A program made the translations under genes and the position numbers. Below are positions 56,698 through 64,000 of a stretch of DNA of 64,000 bases, piece after piece. The DNA is from Cycas panzhihuaensis (taxonomy: Eukaryota > Plantae > Cycadophyta): contig CM041465.1 in the NCBI GenBank assembly GCA_023213395.1, positions 141,801,741-141,865,740 on the forward strand, read 5' to 3'. The notes beneath the pieces were generated by a model. It worked only from the letters and a program-made list of their open reading frames with translations, was not told the origin of the DNA and made no database searches. Numbering within the stretch: the stretch's first letter is position 1; each line of letters begins with the position of its first letter.

Positions 56698-59600
56698 TAT
56701 ATCACACAACTTGCAGGAACTCGTCTGAACAAGTCCATTGATTCAGGGGAGGTTAATGGTGTTTTAACAGTTGACAACTCATTGCTGCGCTTGGTTAATG
56801 ATGATACTGCTAATGTCTACCTTAGTCACTCACATACTGAAGCAGGGAGAAGCAAACAGGTGATTGAAGACATGTTTGAGAGACACCTTGAAGATATATT
56901 TGATGAATACGTGCAGGATCATTCTGAATTATCCATACTTCACTACTTGGATTCTCAATCATGTGTGAAGTTGAAAGAGGCAAAGTCCGAGGATCGTCAA
57001 TTCAAAGGACACTACAAGGTTGAAGACCAAGACCATGCCCAAGACATGGTGTTCAAGACCTTTCCAAGATCAAGACGGTGGAGATTCAAAGAAGACAAAG
57101 TACATTAGAGTCTGTTGATAGTTATGTCAGTCTTGTCATGTTGTCTTTAATATGTATGTCAAATTGTCATTTGTTCAAACATTAAACATTAAGGGGAGGT
57201 GTTAGAAATAATGTTTAATGTGTAATGTATGTGGGTCCTAGGATGATAAGTGATAGTCCTAAGTCTTAGGGTCAAAAGGTCATTATAATACTATGTAAAA
57301 GGATATAAGTTTATTGGTCAAGTTTGTGGTATAATGCTATTGGTTAGGACAAAGGCATTTGTCCCACATGCATTACCTTGGATGTATAGTCTCCCACCTC
57401 TTTGGTATATAAAGGTGGTTGAGGTAATATGTAAAGACATCACATCATCAAGGCTCACCTTGAGCCCTTGGTGCTTTTGGTATGGTAATATATTCTGATT
57501 ATATTGTGTGATTCTCTGGATGTTGATATTGTTCTTATGATTGAATGATCTCCATGTTAAAATCTCAACAGTCTTATCTACACTACCAATACAAGGCCGG
57601 ATATTATACACTCTGTCGATATTCTTACTTGTTACATGATAAATCCTAAGCAGAATCATTGGCAGGCAATAGTGCAAGTGTTGAGATACCTTAGGATGAC
57701 TAGAAAATATGGTATGTTGTATGAACCTAATTCAAACTTCAAGCTTTCTACATACACAGACTCAGACTTTGCAGGAGATAAAGATACAGGAAGATCTATG
57801 TTTGAGTATGTTACGTTTCTTGGAACAACACCAATATCATGGAGATCTAGACGGTAGAAGATAGTTGTATATTCAACTGTCAAAACTGAATACATTACTA
57901 CTTCTGAGACCAGTAAAGAGGTGATATGGCTGAGAAAATTATTAGAAACATTGAATATTACCCAAACAAGTCCTACGAGTCTTCATGTGGATAATTAATC
58001 AGTAATCTATATGGTGAAAAATCTTGTATTTCATGATCGTACCAAACACATAAGTACGAAAGTCCACATGATTAAGGAACTTATTCATGATGGTATAATT
58101 CAATTGAATTACTGCCCCACAGTAGATCAAATGGCTAATATCTTCACCAAATTACTGCAAAAGGTGAAGTTTAAACAGTTTCGAAGGCAGCTCGACCTTA
58201 GGGCCTCCATCTTCGATTGATCAAAGAAGATGGCAACATGATCATCATACTCTATTTGATTCGTGAAAACTCCTTATAAGCATAGAAGAATAAGAGTAAG
58301 TCTATACTCTATCATCTTTATGAAAACTCCATGTGGGTACAGAAGGATAATGGTTGTACTTATTTTAGAAAATCAGAACCTGTGAAAACCCAAAAGGGCA
58401 TAGGGGATTACCAAACAATATATCGAGACTTAGCAGATTAAGTTACACATTTAAGCTACTTGGCTATCAGGCTATATCAAAGAGCTACCTTAGCCATTTT
58501 GATTTATAAAAAGGGCTATAGATCTTAGAAAGTTCGTGGGTTTTTATTACCCATGAGGGTTTTTCTACAAAAGTGTCATTTAGAATTTCAATGTAATAAT
58601 GAGGCTCAAATGAAGACCTCATAGAATAGATTTTTTGAAAATGACCTTCCACCATTAAGGGGGGGATTGAAAGAGGTTAATGTATTAAGGTCATTTGTGG
58701 AGATTAATTATGTGACCTTAGGATATATTATTAGTATGAGACTCTTAATGAAATGCACTTTATGTGCATTTAGATGTAATTTCAGGTTCATGTCATTAGG
58801 TAGAAAAATCTTAATCCTAATTCTCACCCTCAATAACAAAAGGTGAAATCTCAAAGAGGGAATCATTATTCATTCTCACCTCCAAGCTTGCTCTCATATC
58901 TTGTTTCATCTTTTTTTTCATTCTCCATTGCCATTGTGTGTATGTGAGTGATTTATCTCCTAGATCCATCATTCCTTCAAAAAGAATGAAGCAAGATAAA
59001 TATTTCTTTATGCAATTGAATATCTTTTTGAATTAAAAATAACAAATGCTCCTTTGAAAAGAATATACAAAATAAAGTAATAAGCTTCTCTTTTAAAGTA
59101 AACTAAATGCACTTCTTTTCTAAAACTTGATTAAACAATAAGGAGCTAAAAGGAGAACTCAAATAAATGAAACTTCAATTTGTTTCAATATTCAAATGCC
59201 TTCTTAATCAAATAGCTAAGAAATTTCTTAAGGAATATAAGGCAAATATTCTCTTAGAATAAAAATTATATATAAACTATGATCATTTTAAGCAATGTGA
59301 ATATATGAATCAAAAGATAAAATGCTTAATAGAGTGTGTCTTGAAATATTTAAAAGTGTAATAGAATAAGTTTATAGTTATGCACTATTGTGCGTCTTTC
59401 AACTTTTAAATGCAATGGCTTTAAAGCAATTAAAATATGCCTTCTACTAGTAAATCAATAAGCTTGAAATATAATTTTTTAAATAAATGTGTCTTCAATC
59501 AAATATATTTATTGAATGATCATATGCAATCTAATAACTTTCAAATTGAGATGCTCTTTGTAAGAGTAGATAAGAGACTATATGCACCTTCTCTAATGTG

Positions 59601-62165
59601 ACGTAATGAATTAATAGAACTTTTAATATTTGAATGCTCCTAAATCTTAGAGTATTAAATAAACTTAGAAGTACAAAATAAGGAAAAGAACTTATGACTA
59701 TGCCCTTATAATGCCATTTTCAAGCTAAAAAAAAAAAAGACTTTGAGATGTATAAAAGATGTTGTAAATATTCTTTGTACTAACGTAAATCAAATGACAA
59801 TAAGTTTCTTTGTAAATTTAGAAGCAAACTAGGTATACCTTGAAATTTTTAAAAAGATATAATACTTGAAATGATCAAATATGCTTAAAAAATTAGTCTA
59901 TATTTAAATGAAAGTGTAAAAAATAAAGCAAATGGTTAAGGTACGTAGTACTAATTTGATGTATTAATCCAAGTAGACCTCTTAATCCTTAAGAATCTGA
60001 AACTGATACTAAAAGCTATAAATCAATTTGTAATCTTATGAAAAGGTAATAAATATCCTTAAGAAACTGATTAGTAGCAAAGAATACTCAAATGGAATTA
60101 ATTAAGATGAAAAATTTGCTCAAAAATATTAGAAAATGTGTCTAATTAGTGCTAAATCAGAGCCTTAAGTTAATGAGTTTTAAACATCTACAAAATAGTG
60201 TAAAAATAAGATGAAACTATTTCTAATATATAGAGCTCTAAAAAACCCTTATGCCAGTTCTTACAGTTTGAAAAACAGAGCTATAATAGTCAATATATTG
60301 AGGAAAAATTGAATAGACACTTTTTTTGTAAGTGAAATAAGTGCAGAAAAGAAGGACAAATTTAATTGAGTCAAACACTGCTGAAATAGACTCAGATTGA
60401 ACAAAGGATGGTACTAAGCTAAAGAGATCTGAAATACAAATTCAATGAGTTTGACTTTGTAAGAAACTGATACTCCAATAAAAAGTTATAGCAAAGATAG
60501 TAAATAGACCTCTTTTGAGGCAAAAAATTAAGTTTTTTTTAATGGGAGGGAGGAGGGTACGGACTTAAAAAATAATTAAAAATTATTATTTTTTTTAAAT
60601 TTAAAATTATTAAATTTACCCTAATGGATTTTCAAATCTGCCCTCAGATCTAAAAAAATAAGGTCATATCAGACCTCAACAAGACCACCGACTAAGGTCA
60701 AAAGGGGGCTACGGATTTGAAATAATATAAAATATAACTAAATATTTTAAAAACTAAAATAATTAAACATAGTTTATAAAATTTTAAATCTAAGCCCTAG
60801 AATATGATCATATAGGATTAAAAGTGACCACCCACTAGGACTAATTAGGGGGCTAAGGGCTGGATTTGAAGATTTATATAATCAAATTAAATTAAATTTA
60901 AACTATATAAAGAATAAATATAAAAATAAAATAATTTAATCAAATAATGTTTTAACATAAAACCTGCAGATTTTATGTGTATGCACAAGAAAACTTCGCA
61001 AGGCTTAATATGCTTATAGAGACCATGGATCACCACAAAATTTCAGGGGTAGCTAGATCTGATATTTGACTTGATGCCCATCAAGTTTCATCAGAAATAT
61101 AGACTCGCAGATTGAGAACAAAGTAACAAAATCCAAGTAGGTTAATGAGAACATCCAGAGGTTAAACGATCAATCCAATTAATCAAAATAAGCATTGAAA
61201 ATTCCTAAAAATCACACTATCTTAGGTGCAAGGGCTAGGCACCCTGATTTATAAAAAAAATTGAGAAAAAAATAATTAAAAATGAATTAAAAATGAGAAA
61301 ATATGGATGAACGATAGATTTTTCACAAATTCACAGAGTGACTTAACTTCTGGGAGAGATTTATCTTTAACTGATTAACACAATTACTTGCCATCTTCTT
61401 TGTTACAAAGTAGACTCAAAGACAAATGTAATGAGTAGTCATATATAGTAGTTTCAATTGTTCGTTGATGCGTAGTAATCCGTTGAATTCCAGGTAAGCT
61501 AACTCAACCTAAAATTAAAGGAAAACATTGAGAAAAAATAAAAAATTCTTTTGAAATCTTAATATACTTATTCCAAATCATATTTGGACTGAATATGATT
61601 GAGATCTCTGCAAAAACCAGTTAGATTAAAGATCTAGAGACCACACAGAGCTGTACTGCCAAATAAATGTGTGTAATGTTAAAAAATAATGCAGACCAAA
61701 AAATATTTTAAAAATTAATTCAAAATTATATAGTATAAGATTAAACTTATCAATAATACTGATAGTATTTATGTTGATTGGTCGAATCATGCTCTGATAC
61801 TAAATATAGGCAAACCAAGATTAATAAGCTCTGATACCAAATGTTGGAATTAAATGGAGAGCAGAGCAGAGCAAGTAAGTGTAAATCAATCTATTATACA
61901 AATCATATACAAAGACATTTGTATTCAAGTCATTGTAAGAGTATACATCAATATTCCATTGAGATGGTAGTGTTGAAGAATACCAAGGTTTAGAACCCGA
62001 AAGAATATATAGTTTTAAGGAAGGAGGAAAACATCTTCAACCTCCAAAATTTAAACAAATATAAAATAATGTATAACTTAACATTAAAATAAATTCACCT
62101 AACTTACTATTAATATGTGTGCACTCACATGTTTCTAAGTTAGGAGTGGGGTGAGGAAGATTAAT

Positions 62166-62168
<3 letters not shown>

Positions 62169-62261
<93 letters not shown>

Positions 62262-62262
62262 G

Positions 62263-62322
<60 letters not shown>
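62169..62322. repeat. Compound (TA)n/(TATG)n/(CA)n/(TA)n microsatellite, right flank of element 45424-62168
   Basis: Direct reading. Confidence 0.95.
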
Positions 62323-62323
<1 letters not shown>

Positions 62324-64000
62324 GTTATTCTTCTATTTTGTTATCTACTGCATAAGTGTTTTTATGTTGTTATAAGGTCTTTTAACCCTATAAATCTCTT
62401 TATTAACATATTTAATGATGCATATCAAAATATTGATATGATATTTACATAAATCTCAAGGGGTCAGATTTAGAAAGGAGGGTAAAAAAAAAAAAACTAA
62501 ATGAAAAGTTTTTTTTTTTTTTTTGTTCATTATGGAGACTTAACAAAACCATAGATTTGCCCAAATACACTTCAAACCTATGGGTTTTAAAATAAGGTCT
62601 TATTGAGGGGGATGAATCCATCATTATGAAAGTAGACATCATCAATGATTTTGTAGAAGAAGCATAGAGTTTAAAGAGAAATAGTAAAAAAAATAAAATG
62701 CCCCATGACTCCTATATATAGATGATAAAAAAAAAAGGAAGAAGGATGTAAAGCCTATAAAAGAAGGTAATTATGCCCTTAAATAGAGATAATAACACCT
62801 AGAAGAGGACACATATAACATGCAAAAATAGCGATGACATTTATGGCAGAGAAGATAATGACGATGCATATGATACAGATGTAGACATATACAACCGTGG
62901 AAATAAATGGAAGAAGTCCCAATGAGAAATGTCAAGGGCATAAAAGAATCATAGTGGATTTGAAACTCATAATCGAAGTCCCAAATGAGAGATAATAAAG
63001 AAAATATGAGGCTAGATAAATATGAAACAACGCCACGCAAAAGAACATCGTGTAATTTTTTAGTGAAACCTACAAATTCATGGCAAAACCCTAAACAAAT
63101 TAGATAATGTCAATTTTTTTTTAATAAATATTTCAATATAATATTTTAGGTAGGTGAATTTTTCCCAATGGGAAACATGAAATGTCACTAAAAATGGTGA
63201 AATGATGGATGCATCTCATTTCATATAGACATAAATAATACTTTATGATTATTGAAGTAGTTTAATCTAACAGGGATTTAAAAATAAGATTTGTACTTTT
63301 GATATGACATTTTATTTGATGTAATTATATATTGCAAGGGGGAATGTTAGATGTAATATCCAATTACATTCCAACCTCACTCACACTATCTCATACATTA
63401 TTTGATTTTTATATTCATGGTTATATTAATGTATGTGCTACTATGCAAGGATTATCCTTAAGGGTTTTTATATGTAATGAAATGTTCTATAAGTATGTGC
63501 TTAATTCTTTCTAATAATTTGAAGTTTAGTCATTCTTTTCAATTCATTATGCTTCATCTTTATATATTCTTCATCTCTTTTATATCTCATTCCTTATCCT
63601 ACACTCACCTCATCATCTATTATTTGTCCATTGTTGGGCCCACTATCATTACCTCCAACTAAAACCAACATTCTAGTATTAGAGTTATAACTCCAAACCA
63701 ATAAGGCCATATTAGAGCATTGATATGATACTGCTTGTAATTATAAATATTAAAAATAATTATATATAAAGAAAATATAACTCAAATCACAAGATTACCA
63801 AAATCACTAGAATATTGATATTCATAAAGAATCACTTATAATTGTAGGCTGCTTCAAGGGTAACCTCCTTAAGATCAATGCTCAATTATAAGAGATTTAA
63901 AGATATCCTTAAGACTACAAAATGTATAAATATAAAGGAGAGGCTTATCCCAATCATACTATTGAGTGGTACATGTGGGATAATTTATTACATATAAAAA

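Larger units (their letters stand above)
52795..57570 (+). mobile_element. Very young non-autonomous gag-only LTR element (family C) with mosaic host cDNA cargo
   Basis: 371-bp LTRs at 52795-53165 and 57200-57570 with no mismatch found by eye. PBS TAGTATCAGAGC at 53166; PPT aaggggagg at 57191-57199; perfect TSD GTCTT. Confidence 0.97.
48854..58220 (+). pseudogene. Copia gag-pol with stops and frameshifts
   Basis: Gag LKGKENWDIW; protease WIMDT; LWHARMGH; integrase YYISFIDDF; RT LVAKGFTQREGIDY and IIFVDDML; YRKLIGSL|IYTTNTRPDI split by the insertion; RNase H FHDRTKHI and QMANIFTK. Confidence 0.95.
46583..58979 (+). mobile_element. Full-length Ty1/copia element with long (~1.9 kb) 5' UTR, interrupted in RT by 52795-57570
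   Basis: 312-bp LTRs at 46583-46894 and 58668-58979 (~30 mismatches counted). PBS TGGTATTAGAGC at 46897; PPT aagggggggat at ~58657-58667; TSD GAAAG/AAAAG (one mismatch). Confidence 0.95.
45424..62168 (-). mobile_element. Gag-only (TR-GAG-like) LTR element related to family B, inserted in a (TA)n tract and interrupted by the copia at 46583-58979
   Basis: LTRs ~45424-45751 and 61842-~62168; PBS at 61828-61839 with a second copy at 61791-61802; PPT (tactccccctta on +) at 45752-45763; gag at 46102-46449 homologous to 38673-39320. Confidence 0.88.
44394..63703 (+). mobile_element. Old non-autonomous LTR element related to family A; outermost layer of the nest
   Basis: 5' LTR 44394-44737; PBS TGGTATCAAATCC at 44741; PPT aagggggaa at 63336-63344; 3' LTR 63345-63670 plus a 33-bp extension to 63703; TSD AGGCC at 44389-44393 and 63704-63708. 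The post-PBS sequence cccaaggttcaat and the pre-PPT sequence are shared with 21103-24626. Confidence 0.8.

Noticed and set aside
61058-61095. Hairpin whose minus strand reads CTGATGA-stem-loop (possible hammerhead ribozyme / retrozyme)
   Set aside because: The stem is followed by CAAAT rather than GAAA, no stems I/III are evident, it lies outside the LTR, and the comparable tttgatgaaac region at ~37695 in the related element does not form the hairpin.
61310-61510. Possible cargo in element 45424-62168
   Set aside because: Slightly GC-richer, but no recognisable protein motif in any frame I read.
62037-62452. ORFs of YI/CV/TH repeats
   Set aside because: Artefacts of TA/CA microsatellites.
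62600-63050. Possible decayed cargo in the outermost element
   Set aside because: Only short acidic frames with stops; cannot be assigned.

Overview
Plant nuclear, AT-rich intergenic DNA made almost entirely of nested LTR retrotransposons. No intact host gene is visible. Boundaries below come from TG..CA LTR pairs, tRNA-iMet primer-binding sites (PBS), polypurine tracts (PPT) and 5-bp target-site duplications (TSD) read directly from the sequence. Resolved elements: a chromovirus (11044-17385) inserted into a decayed relative; a 354-bp TRIM; two Ty1/copia elements; and a four-level nest at 44394-63703. The main signal is four non-autonomous LTR elements from at least three families (21103-24626, 32200-~34850, 36298-39792, 52795-57570). 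Each carries a cassette of concatenated, intron-less host mRNA fragments of about 50-700 bp, in both orientations: ADNT1; YIF1 plus subtilase; GAPCp plus a permuted REF/SRPP-LDAP; R2R3-MYB plus thioredoxin-m plus La. Two elements share one backbone but carry entirely different cargo that ends at the same hairpin site. One has identical LTRs, so it moved very recently. A second oddity is tandem tRNA-iMet PBS units that have become part of LTR ends, delimited by TSDs (29477-29957, 63671-63703). Protein identities are motif recognition from memory and divergences are manual counts; no database search was run.
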